This document shows, one piece after another, positions 34,801-41,711 of a DNA stretch of 41,711 nt. Origin of the DNA: Clostridiales bacterium (GTDB taxonomy: Bacteria > Bacillota > Clostridia > Christensenellales > Borkfalkiaceae); the NCBI GenBank assembly GCA_021635425.1, contig JAJWOJ010000001.1, forward strand, positions 1 to 41,711, in the 5' to 3' direction. A model generated the notes under the pieces. That model saw only the letters and a list, made by a program, of their open reading frames with translations, was not told where the DNA came from and made no database searches. A program made the translations under genes and the position numbers. Each line of letters starts with the position of its first letter. The stretch's first letter is position 1.

Positions 34801-36102
34801 GGCGAATACAGAGTGGGCGATACGCTCGTATTCAAATTCAAAGGACAAAATATCCCCAACGTTGGTCTTTTCGTCAACAAAAACGGAGTGAACCCCATCG
34901 GCGGAGGAACGGCAAACACGGGAATATTCTTGCAGACTTCGGGTCACGGCGCGGTAACGTATAACAAGCGTTTGTATATCACGGGACCGTACCTCGTAGA
35001 CGCGGGCGGAGCGGAACATTATTCGTCGATAAGCGGATTTTCTTATCGCGACTGGCTCGGCGCCAACAAAGAACTCGGGGTTGACGTAAGTTATGAAGTA
35101 AACGGCGGCAGATTCTCTCGTTTCGGGATAGAAATGCTCGACGAAAACACCGATTACGTTTACAGAATAACGACGTCTGCAACGGGATCGGCAGACACGG
35201 TGACGATAAAATTCACGTTATATTCGGTTGCGGAAGGCAGCGAAACTCTGGTTGCGGAAGTGACAAAGACCATCGCGCATTTCCTGCCGAGCCTTGAAAA
35301 CAGATATGCCGTTGCTTACGGCGCGGGCGATTTCTACAGCAAAAACGAAAACGTGTACACCGGCAAAACCATCAGCTTCAAAGCCGCAATCGAACGTCCC
35401 GCAGAAAGCAGACAAATTACGTTGAACCCTGCTGTCGTAACCGAAAAGAAAGAAAACGGAACGTTGGTAGGGTTTGGCGGAACTTACGATTATAAAGGCC
35501 TCGGCGAATATAAAGTAGGTGACACGCTCGAATTCAGGTTTAAAGGGCAGAATATCCCCAACGTTGGTCTTTTCGTAAACAAAAACGGAGTGAACCCCAT
35601 CGGCGGCGGAACGGAAAACACGGGAATATTCCTGCAGACTTCGGGTCACGGCGCGGTAACGTATAACAAGCGTTTGTATATAACGGGACCGTATCTCGTA
35701 GACGCGGGCGGAGCGGAACATTATTCGTCGATAAGCGGATTTTCTTATCGCGACTGGCTCGGCGCCAACAAAGAACTCGGGGTTGACGTAAGTTATGAAG
35801 TCGACGGCGGCAGATTCTCTCATTTCGGAATAGAAATGCTCGACGAAAACACCGATTACGTTTACAGAATAACGACTTCGGCAACGGGATCGGCAGACAC
35901 GGTGACGATAAAATGTACGCTGCATTCGGTGACGGACGGCAATGAAACTTTGGTTGAGGAATTTACAAGAACCGTAACTCACTATCTCGATTCTCTCGAA
36001 AACAGATATGCGGTTGCTTACGGCGCGGGCGATTTCTACAGCAAAAACGAAAACGTGTACACCGGCAAGACAATTACGTTCGAGTATTCGGTTAACCCCT
36101 GA
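31813..36102 (+). CDS. Giant surface lipoprotein with Ig-like N-terminal domains and five copies of an unrecognised ~230-aa module
   Basis: SD is AAGGGAG. The lipobox is FAVSC-SGGSGSG. Module copies lie at ~32641-33200 and ~33361-33975 (divergent), 34024-34700, 34714-35415 and 35416-36099. The hallmark string is G(K/R/Q)NIPNVGLF..KNGVN.(I/V)GGGT.NTGIFLQTSGHGA..Y(N/D)KRLYITGPYL(V/I)DAG. Confidence 0.85.
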   Translation: MKQTKRTFLVTVLTMVALFAICAFAVSCSGGSGSGATLEDPRFAADIPAETHLSSCIDLDDYIVKIDGATTTVTVTYYNPVSDKNVTETFTGNNMVFYPKIVGEHTIVYTVSKGDATKSTAPLKISVIADPPTITISHTAQTISMPDSGEVTRSFDWLMSNASMNLKPVTSTTKVSAASYRAINVGIDCVNAEWEDIEVSEGAETFTFSNIGEYKFTVRAESDGNFSEDYFLVNVIKDPTEGTAKRDGTKVVEKGKGVVYAENDPYTFKLMSSSLSDINYAVVADKLGDGKKLSLIFKGKNVPQLGFYVIPDVGSGDEYNIKTTKGGFFSFVAKESSGHKWVFFFPNMLTGNAARTPIPGTNDFGVNDLDENSRYLMQYSLSKVAYVEARDAWRLKVNVEIYEVKSYSTENENSECVIGDKLHEIGIEGEFYYAKGQEFDFDKGSSVIYGDIRNNIDIQYISDDRNIKKAPKEETKVAGTDNVYSYKSSATQNADGSITAVLKQGKISDDKETGVTDQLGYVGITDSGFGMGTTMTIDFEGKNLPGIGIYLGKSPEGYAVGGATASGTGFYIGNGNVSGELSSIGQRLIVNGPNRLDPGGKYRGNDGYPPYYGRIDKLSYLGSAASGDPNFNRSAEMGYNLLEEGKKYRFELTDVSAEASDDFKVFALNYKLYDMSGETPILLVDVTKSVDRSFDVVDFNSQTIAFFSSIHQNIRFTYSLSGERINYPYETEIDPDAITLAPAVIRETKNAEGLVTFSGTYSYQGLGRYNVGDVLEFRFTGRNIPNVGLFTDKNGVNAVGGGTENTGIFLQTSGHGASAYDKRLYITGPYLIDAGNTQAYSNIPGFKYREWLGANCELGVDVSYEVDGGRFSRFGIAMLDPYTKYVYRVSTSASDAEGKVIITCELYSVDKEELVPVAKYEKEVTHYLPSLENTYATVYGAGSFSNKDITFAYTVKSGSDVNPGEETITLNCASITEKKEGGTLVGFGGTYDYKGLGEYRVGDTLVFKFKGQNIPNVGLFVNKNGVNPIGGGTANTGIFLQTSGHGAVTYNKRLYITGPYLVDAGGAEHYSSISGFSYRDWLGANKELGVDVSYEVNGGRFSRFGIEMLDENTDYVYRITTSATGSADTVTIKFTLYSVAEGSETLVAEVTKTIAHFLPSLENRYAVAYGAGDFYSKNENVYTGKTISFKAAIERPAESRQITLNPAVVTEKKENGTLVGFGGTYDYKGLGEYKVGDTLEFRFKGQNIPNVGLFVNKNGVNPIGGGTENTGIFLQTSGHGAVTYNKRLYITGPYLVDAGGAEHYSSISGFSYRDWLGANKELGVDVSYEVDGGRFSHFGIEMLDENTDYVYRITTSATGSADTVTIKCTLHSVTDGNETLVEEFTRTVTHYLDSLENRYAVAYGAGDFYSKNENVYTGKTITFEYSVNP
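34714..36099 (+). repeat. Two-module block (R2+R3, 702 + 684 nt), paralogous to 37316-38680
   Basis: R2 and R3 are offset by exactly 702 nt. Their cores differ at about a dozen positions over ~350 nt and share a 107-nt identical run (34993-35099 equals 35695-35801). Confidence 0.85.
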
Positions 36103-36116
36103 CTTTAAATCGAAAA

Positions 36117-36156
36117 GCGCGGCGCCGTCCCCGCATAAACGGGCGAGGCGCCGCGC
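36117..36156 (+). other. GC-rich stem-loop after the lipoprotein gene (10-bp perfect stem, no U-tract)
   Basis: GCGCGGCGCC (36117-36126) pairs with GGCGCCGCGC (36147-36156). The 20-nt loop can itself pair CCCG with CGGG. ATTAAAAAAG follows. Confidence 0.5.
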
Positions 36157-36219
36157 ATTAAAAAAGACGATAAAAATCGGTCCGGCATTAAATTTTCGAC
36201 CGGACAAACAGGAAGTGTT

Positions 36220-36339
36220 ATGAAAAAGATATATGAACCGCCAATGATAATCGTGAAGACGATTGAAACACAGGACGTGATTGCAACGTCGGGCAAATTC
36301 GACGTTAAGCAGGACGACATAGAATGGGAAGAAGGTTAA
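36220..36339 (+). CDS. Possible 39-aa micro-ORF (MKKIYEPPMIIVKTIETQDVIATSGKFDVKQDDIEWEEG)
   Basis: It is below the ORF-track size cut-off. AGGAAG lies 4 nt upstream of the ATG. Codon choice (CCG, ACG, TCG, GGC, GAC) matches the neighbouring genes. It stops 13 nt before the next gene. No homolog is recognised. Confidence 0.3.
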   Translation: MKKIYEPPMIIVKTIETQDVIATSGKFDVKQDDIEWEEG

Positions 36340-36352
36340 GGAGGGCGCAAAA

Positions 36353-38683
36353 ATGAAGAAGAGGATTTTAACGGTTCTTGCCGTTGTATTCGTGCTGTCG
36401 TTACTGCCCGTCCTGTTGCCGTTTGCGCTGACAGCCGAAGCCATCGGCGAAACCGGCGCGGGTATTCCCGATTTTACGATGGATGTCGGCGCGGCTGCAA
36501 GAATTACCGTCGGTGACGATAACGGGAGCGATTGCGGAATAAGATATTCCTTCTCGCTTACCGCGGAAGAATACGAAAATTTAAAGAACTCTACGACCTT
36601 TTCCGACGTCAGATTCGGCGTATTTATAGCGGCGGCAAGTTATAACGTCGCAGGAAAAGAGATTGCCGACGAAACGCATGTTTCGGGCGCGAACGCGATT
36701 TATTACTGGAAGGTTTCCGAAACCGAAAGCGGCGAAAACGTGTATAACGTCACGCCCGACGTCGGGATGAGGCGTATCATATGCGCCGAGGGCGACGCCA
36801 TGAAAATCGATGAAGACGGAAGAGCGCGTTTTTACGGTTCGGTCGTAGGAATGAAAGATTCCAACCTTCGTCGCGAATATATCGGCGTGGGCTACGTCAG
36901 ATACGTTGAAAACGGCGAAACTCATTATAAATTCGCCGTCGCGAACGATAACGTCCGCACGATGGAAGACATAGCGAGAGCGGATTATGAGAAACAGCCT
37001 TCGCACAGAGACCAACTTGTAAAAATTTATCTCGGCAAAACTCCGCGCGATTGCACTGTGGTTACCGCTCCGACGGCAAAAGAAAATCTCGTTGCAACGG
37101 GCGAAAGCCAGGAATTGATAACGGAAGGCGTTGCGGATAAGTATTCCCGTATGAGTTACTCGCTCGACGGCGTAACTTTTTCCGACGAAATCCCTTCGGC
37201 AACCGAAGCGGGCGAATATACGGTTTATTACAAGGCGGCAAGCCTTACGAGTGTCGACCGCGATTCCGAGGTTAAATTTTTAACCGTCGAAATAGCCGCG
37301 CCTCAGACCGACGTTATAACCTTAGCTCCGGCTGTCGTAAAAGAAAAGAAAGAAGGCGGAAAAGTTGTCGGTTATAGCGGAACTTACAACTATAAAGGTC
37401 TTGGCGAATATAAAGTAGGCGACACGCTCGTGTTTAAATTCAAAGGACAAAATATCCCAAACGTTGGTCTTTTCGTAAACAAAAACGGAGTGAACCTCAT
37501 CGGCGGAGGAACGGAAAATACGGGAATATTCCTGCAGACTTCCGGTCACGGCGCGCCAACGTATAACAAGCGTTTGTATATAACGGGACCTTATCTCGTA
37601 GACGCGGGCGAAGCGAAATATTATTCGTCGATAAGCGGATTTTCCTATCGCCAATGGCTCGGCTCGAACCACGAACTCGGCGTAGATGCAAGCTATGTTG
37701 TGGGCGGAACCGGATTCTCTCGTTTCGGCATAGAAATGCTTGACGATAACACCGATTACGTTTACAGAATAACGACTTCGGCAACGGGATCTGCAGCTAC
37801 GGTGGCGATAAAATTCACGTTATATTCTGTTGCGGACGGCAGTGAAACTCTTGTTGCGGAAGTAGATAAAACCATAACGCATTTTCTGCCGAGCCTTGAA
37901 AACAGATACGCCGTTGTTTACGGCGCGGGCGATTTCTACAGCAAAAACGAAAACGTGTACACCGGCAAATCAATCAGTTTCAAAGTCGAAATCGAACGTC
38001 CCGCAGAAAGCAGAAAAATCACGCTTAACTGCGCTTCGATAACCGAAAAGCAAGAAAACGGAAAAGTTGTCGGTTACAGCGGAACTTACGAATATAAAGG
38101 TCTCGGCGAATATAAAACGGGCGACACGCTCGAATTCAGGTTTAAGGGGAAGAATATTCCCAACGTAGGACTTTTCGTAAACAAAAACGGCGTAAACCCG
38201 ATCGGCGGAGGAACGGAGAACACGGGAATATTCCTGCAGACTTCGGGACACGGCGCGGAAACTTACGACAAACGTCTGTATATAACGGGACCTTACCTTG
38301 TAGACGCGGGCGGGACGGAATACTATTCGTCCATACCGGGTTTTTCCTATCGCGAATGGCTCGGCTCGAACCACGAACTCGGCGTAGATGCAAGCTATGT
38401 TGTGGGCAATGACAAATTCTCTCTTTTCGGAATAGAAATGCTCAGCGAAAACACCGATTACGTTTACAGAATAACGACTTCGGCAACGGGGTCGGCAGAC
38501 AAGGTGACGATAAAGTGTACCCTTCATTCGGTGACGAACGGCAGTGAAACTTTGGTTAAGGAATTTACAAGAACCGTAACTCACTATCTCGATTCTCTCG
38601 AAAACAGATATGCGGTTGCTTACGGCGCGGGCGATTTCTCGCAAAAGACGATAACGTTCGAGTGGAATTTAATAAAGGCGTAA
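36353..38683 (+). CDS. Secreted surface protein with a unique N-terminal region, an Ig-like domain and two copies of the ~230-aa module
   Basis: SD is AAGGAGG. The signal peptide is MKKRILTVLAVVFVLSLLPVLLPFALTAEA-IG. Modules lie at 37316-38017 and 38018-38680. No lipobox, LPXTG or C-terminal TM segment was seen. Confidence 0.85.
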   Translation: MKKRILTVLAVVFVLSLLPVLLPFALTAEAIGETGAGIPDFTMDVGAAARITVGDDNGSDCGIRYSFSLTAEEYENLKNSTTFSDVRFGVFIAAASYNVAGKEIADETHVSGANAIYYWKVSETESGENVYNVTPDVGMRRIICAEGDAMKIDEDGRARFYGSVVGMKDSNLRREYIGVGYVRYVENGETHYKFAVANDNVRTMEDIARADYEKQPSHRDQLVKIYLGKTPRDCTVVTAPTAKENLVATGESQELITEGVADKYSRMSYSLDGVTFSDEIPSATEAGEYTVYYKAASLTSVDRDSEVKFLTVEIAAPQTDVITLAPAVVKEKKEGGKVVGYSGTYNYKGLGEYKVGDTLVFKFKGQNIPNVGLFVNKNGVNLIGGGTENTGIFLQTSGHGAPTYNKRLYITGPYLVDAGEAKYYSSISGFSYRQWLGSNHELGVDASYVVGGTGFSRFGIEMLDDNTDYVYRITTSATGSAATVAIKFTLYSVADGSETLVAEVDKTITHFLPSLENRYAVVYGAGDFYSKNENVYTGKSISFKVEIERPAESRKITLNCASITEKQENGKVVGYSGTYEYKGLGEYKTGDTLEFRFKGKNIPNVGLFVNKNGVNPIGGGTENTGIFLQTSGHGAETYDKRLYITGPYLVDAGGTEYYSSIPGFSYREWLGSNHELGVDASYVVGNDKFSLFGIEMLSENTDYVYRITTSATGSADKVTIKCTLHSVTNGSETLVKEFTRTVTHYLDSLENRYAVAYGAGDFSQKTITFEWNLIKA
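37316..38680 (+). repeat. Two-module block (R4+R5), paralogous to 34714-36099
   Basis: The R4 tail (KFTLYSVADGSETLVAEV.KTI.HFLPSLENRYAV.YGAGDFYSKNENVYTGK.ISFK..IERPAESR) matches the R2 tail. The R5 tail matches the R3 tail, including an 81-nt identical run (38559-38639 equals 35957-36037). Confidence 0.85.
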
Positions 38684-38697
38684 CAAACGAAAATTAT

Positions 38698-38720
38698 CGC
38701 GGGGCGATTAACGCCCCGCG
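38698..38720 (+). other. GC-rich intercistronic stem-loop (9-bp perfect stem, no U-tract)
   Basis: CGCGGGGCG (38698-38706), loop ATTAA, CGCCCCGCG (38712-38720). It lies 15 nt upstream of the next start codon. Confidence 0.5.
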
Positions 38721-38735
38721 GCAAAAAGGAAAATT

Positions 38736-40112
38736 ATGAAAGATAAAAGATTTATGTTATACGGCTATTCGTCGGGAACGGACGGAACGTATTTTTCGGG
38801 AACGCGCGTTTTCACGCAGAACAAAGATTTCAGAACGGAAGAGCAATACAGATATTATCTCGAAAGCGGACTGAACACTCTGATGCTCGAAGGTAACGAT
38901 CCTTATTACGGCGAAACGTGGGAAACAAGTCAGACAAAAAAGAATATGGACACCGCTTACAAGGCGGGAATCGACAGAATAATCATTTACGACAAGAGAA
39001 TTTTCGATTGTTCCGAAGTGAGAGGCGGGCTTATCGGAGACGGTAAACGGTTTGCAACTGCCGAAGAGCTGGAAAATTTCATCCGTTATTGTATTAAAGA
39101 TTATAAAACGCACCCCGCGTTTTACGGATTTATGCTTGTCGACGAGCCGAGATGGTTTCAGATAGAATCGCTTGCGCAGGTTGTAAGGGCGACGAGAAAA
39201 GTCGCGCCCGAAGTGTTTATTCAGAATAATATTTTGCCGTTTTATCCGGGGCACGGAAGTTTGTTCCTCGAAGATTACGACGGAACGAGCATAGACGACG
39301 AGGCCGTTGCCTACCATAAGTATATCCAAAACTATCTCGACGCAACGGGTATGCCCTATCTTATGTACGATTCTTATCCGATGCGGCTCGAACCCGAAGC
39401 GGGATACTTTATAAGGCGCGAACATCTGCAAGGACTGCAAATCGCCGCCGAAGAAGTTAAAAAGCGCGATCTGTCTTTCTGTTTCGTCTGTCAGACCCAG
39501 GCTTTTTATGCTCACGACAGAATAGTTTACCGCGCTCCGAACGAGGCGGAAATGCGTTGGCAGATAAACTGCGTTCTCGCTTTCGGCGTTAAGAGTATAG
39601 GTTACTTTACTTACTGGAGAAAACAGCGCAACAGCGATCTCGAATATTTTGTAGACGGAACGTCTTTCATGACTCAGAACGGCGAAAAAACGCCGCTGTA
39701 TTTCGCGATGCAAAAAATTCATTCCGAATTTAAAGAAATTTCGGATTATCTGCTTGATCTCAAATACGAAAGCAGCGGTTATTATACCGATCTCCCGGTG
39801 CCTTTAGAGCATATCGAACCTATGGAAAAGGGCGACGCGGAGCGGTTTATTGCGATTAAAGGCGACGGCAAAACTTCGCTCGTGATAACTTTTTTGAAAA
39901 ACGAAAAGAGCGGCGAAAAGGTAATTTGCTTGTTCAATGCAAACGATCCGCGCGGAAAATATCCCGAAGCGTGCGATATTACGGTCGATTTAAAGCAAGG
40001 AGAGATCGCGCGTGTGTTTTCGCTTAAAAGCGGATTTGGCGCGGCGAAAAACGAATTTACGCTCGATAGCGGAGATTCGGTGTTTTTAATAGTTAAACAG
40101 GAGGAAAAATAA
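38736..40112 (+). CDS. Cytoplasmic TIM-barrel-like protein, distant GH42/clan GH-A-like, uncharacterised family
   Basis: There is no signal peptide. Motifs are HPAFYGFMLVDEP, LMYDSYP and WQINCVLAFGVKSIGYFTYWRKQ. It is a paralog of the next gene. Confidence 0.7.
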   Translation: MKDKRFMLYGYSSGTDGTYFSGTRVFTQNKDFRTEEQYRYYLESGLNTLMLEGNDPYYGETWETSQTKKNMDTAYKAGIDRIIIYDKRIFDCSEVRGGLIGDGKRFATAEELENFIRYCIKDYKTHPAFYGFMLVDEPRWFQIESLAQVVRATRKVAPEVFIQNNILPFYPGHGSLFLEDYDGTSIDDEAVAYHKYIQNYLDATGMPYLMYDSYPMRLEPEAGYFIRREHLQGLQIAAEEVKKRDLSFCFVCQTQAFYAHDRIVYRAPNEAEMRWQINCVLAFGVKSIGYFTYWRKQRNSDLEYFVDGTSFMTQNGEKTPLYFAMQKIHSEFKEISDYLLDLKYESSGYYTDLPVPLEHIEPMEKGDAERFIAIKGDGKTSLVITFLKNEKSGEKVICLFNANDPRGKYPEACDITVDLKQGEIARVFSLKSGFGAAKNEFTLDSGDSVFLIVKQEEK

Positions 40113-40113
40113 G

Positions 40114-41664
40114 GTGAAAAAAATAAGCAGAATTATAGCGTTGTTGTTTGCGGCGACTATCGCTTTGACGATGTTCGGTTGCGGCGGAAAGACGGGCGGC
40201 AATTCCGTCGATTTGTCGGGCGCGCCGGATTATTCGGGCAGTACGGGCGAATTTTTAACTTACGGATATACGGGTCCGACCGACGGAACCTGGTTCCGCG
40301 ACGACGAACAGTATAATACGGGCGAGGATTACCGCACGACGGAGCGTTATGCCGAATATAAGGACGCAGGCTTTAACGTGCTTTTGTTGCAGGGCAACGA
40401 ACCGTATAACGGCGAGCCTTTCGAAACGAGCATACTGAAGCGTACTATGGACAGAGCTTACGAAGCGGGAATTAAAAAGGTTATCGTATACGATTCGCGT
40501 ATATTCAATCTTTCCGCGTCGGAAGTTCCGATAGTAGGCGAAGGCAGAAAATTCGCCACCGAGGACGACCTTGTGGAATTTATAAGAACGTGTCTTGCGG
40601 ATTATAAGGATCACCCCGCGTTTTTCGGCGTGATGCTCGTGGACGAACCGTTTTATGACGTTCTGCCGCAGGCGGCGCTCACCTATAAAGCGTGCGAGAA
40701 GGCTCTTGACGGCATTTACGTTCAGCTCAACCTTCTTCCGCTCGACAATACGGCTTCCAGCGGAAGATTTCAGGATCCCGACGGCGAATTCGCAAGCCTT
40801 AACGTTTACGATCAATACGAATTGTATTTAAGACAATTCTGCGAGTGGTCGGGTTGCGACAGAATTTGTATGGACTCTTATCCTATCCGCCAATACACCA
40901 AATCGGGCGTGGCGAGCGAATATTATATTCTCGATACGCACCTGCGCAATCTCAGAATTCTCAATAAAGTAGCCAAGGAGTTCAATTGTAAACTCGACGC
41001 CGTGGCTCAGACTATGGGAATGGGACAATTGTCGGGAGATACGGTTTATCTTAAATCGCCCGACAGAAGCGAAATGTACTGGCAGATGAACGCTTATATG
41101 GGCTTCGGCATAAAGACTTTCGCTTCCTTTACTTACTGGAATAAACAGCAGAACAGCGTAAACAACGAATTTTACGACGGCTCGGCATATATAACGAGAA
41201 AGGGCGAACGCACGCCTCTGTATTATTCGATGCAGAAAATTCATCGCGAAATGCAGGAGTTTGCTCCGGTACTTATGAATTTCGATTATTGCGGAATGAG
41301 ATATTATTATACCAAGCCCAGCTCGTATTCGACCCTTCATCTGTCGTCTGCATTCGGAGCGGACGAGGAACAGGATAAATTTTCCGAGCTTTCGGACGTA
41401 CAGGTCGGCACTTCGCAAATGGCTATGGTAACCGAGTTGAAAGACGAAAACAGCGGACGTTATATGTACATGCTTATGAATCCGCAAGCGCCTTCCAACG
41501 CAAAATTCAGCGACGTTTCTCTCAATGCGACGCTCGATTTCGGCTCGAAATACAAAGCGGTAAAAATCTGGTATAAAGGAGAAAGCAAGCTTGCTCCGCT
41601 CGTAAACGGAAAGATAGATTTCGATCTTTCCGCCGGTTATGCGGTTTTCGTTATGCCTTATTAA
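40114..41664 (+). CDS. Lipoprotein paralog of 38736-40112 (GH42/clan GH-A-like TIM-barrel, uncharacterised family)
   Basis: The GTG start has AGGAGG ~10 nt upstream, and GTG is needed to include the signal peptide. The lipobox is LTMFGC-GGKTGG. Motifs are HPAFFGVMLVDEP, CMDSYP and WQMNAYMGFGIKTFASFTYWNKQ. Confidence 0.75.
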   Translation: MKKISRIIALLFAATIALTMFGCGGKTGGNSVDLSGAPDYSGSTGEFLTYGYTGPTDGTWFRDDEQYNTGEDYRTTERYAEYKDAGFNVLLLQGNEPYNGEPFETSILKRTMDRAYEAGIKKVIVYDSRIFNLSASEVPIVGEGRKFATEDDLVEFIRTCLADYKDHPAFFGVMLVDEPFYDVLPQAALTYKACEKALDGIYVQLNLLPLDNTASSGRFQDPDGEFASLNVYDQYELYLRQFCEWSGCDRICMDSYPIRQYTKSGVASEYYILDTHLRNLRILNKVAKEFNCKLDAVAQTMGMGQLSGDTVYLKSPDRSEMYWQMNAYMGFGIKTFASFTYWNKQQNSVNNEFYDGSAYITRKGERTPLYYSMQKIHREMQEFAPVLMNFDYCGMRYYYTKPSSYSTLHLSSAFGADEEQDKFSELSDVQVGTSQMAMVTELKDENSGRYMYMLMNPQAPSNAKFSDVSLNATLDFGSKYKAVKIWYKGESKLAPLVNGKIDFDLSAGYAVFVMPY

Positions 41665-41668
41665 AATC

Positions 41669-41711
41669 ATGTACGAATTGAAATCCGTCAGCCCCGAAAG
41701 CGAAGGGATAC
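41669..41711 (+). CDS. Possible 5' end of a further CDS (MYELKSVSPESEGI...), truncated by the window edge
   Basis: The ATG lies 4 nt after the previous stop, and the frame stays open to the window end. There is no clear SD. The ..SPESEGI.. start resembles some serine-hydrolase N-termini, but 14 residues cannot support a product call. Confidence 0.25.
   Translation, partial: MYELKSVSPESEGI

Noticed and set aside
36105-36320. A 71-aa minus-strand ORF with a hydrophobic stretch that almost exactly fills the gap between the two surface-protein genes.
   Set aside because: It has no SD and uses several TTA and TCA codons, which are rare in the real genes here. It runs through the GC-rich hairpin at 36117-36156 and would be the only minus-strand gene in a roughly 19-kb plus-strand operon. 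The plus-strand 39-aa ORF (36220-36339) is the better, though still weak, candidate.
1-41711. A search for CRISPR arrays, tRNA/rRNA genes, IS elements, integrases, toxin-antitoxin pairs or defence-system signatures.
   Set aside because: None was found. All sizeable ORFs are accounted for by carbohydrate-utilisation functions or surface proteins. The only long DNA repeats are the intragenic module repeats. There are no terminal inverted repeats or recombinase-like translations.

Overview
This window is a Gram-positive (Firmicutes/Clostridia-like) carbohydrate-utilisation region. I saw no rRNA, tRNA, CRISPR array, transposase or integrase. It holds two AraC-headed gene blocks, almost entirely on the + strand. 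Block 1 (335-21152) starts with a divergent AraC regulator and a monocistronic, secreted, membrane-anchored GDPD phosphodiesterase. A long operon follows: SGNH-esterase lipoprotein, a CUT1-type ABC importer (binding protein plus 2 permeases), a GH99-like lipoprotein, a 1433-aa repeat-rich surface protein, a GH78 alpha-L-rhamnosidase, a GH106-like hydrolase broken by one in-frame TAG, an RpiB/LacAB-type isomerase and a cytoplasmic GDPD. Tandem terminators close it. Block 2 (21411-41664+) has a second divergent AraC, nagA, a Gfo/Idh/MocA oxidoreductase carrying a Cys4 insert, an intact GH106-like paralog and a nagB-like deaminase. It continues with an LplABC-type ABC importer, two adjacent surface proteins that share seven copies of an unrecognised ~230-aa module, a possible 39-aa micro-ORF between them, and two paralogous GH42-like TIM-barrel proteins (one cytoplasmic, one lipoprotein). 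The points most worth follow-up are listed here. (1) A conserved C-terminal KKGCGGS + TM helix + basic-tail cassette occurs on two unrelated secreted proteins, with no cognate sorting enzyme in the window. (2) Two unrecognised repeat-module families occur in the giant surface proteins, with clear mosaic or gene-conversion tracts. (3) TAG replaces a conserved Trp codon in the GH106-like gene. (4) Near-consensus promoters sit so that both AraC genes and nagA would be leaderless or nearly so. (5) The gene content (rhamnosidases, GlcNAc-6-P enzymes, extra- and intracellular GDPDs) suggests a rhamnose/GlcNAc/glycerol-phosphate glycopolymer as substrate. All family assignments come from by-eye motif recognition; no searches were run.
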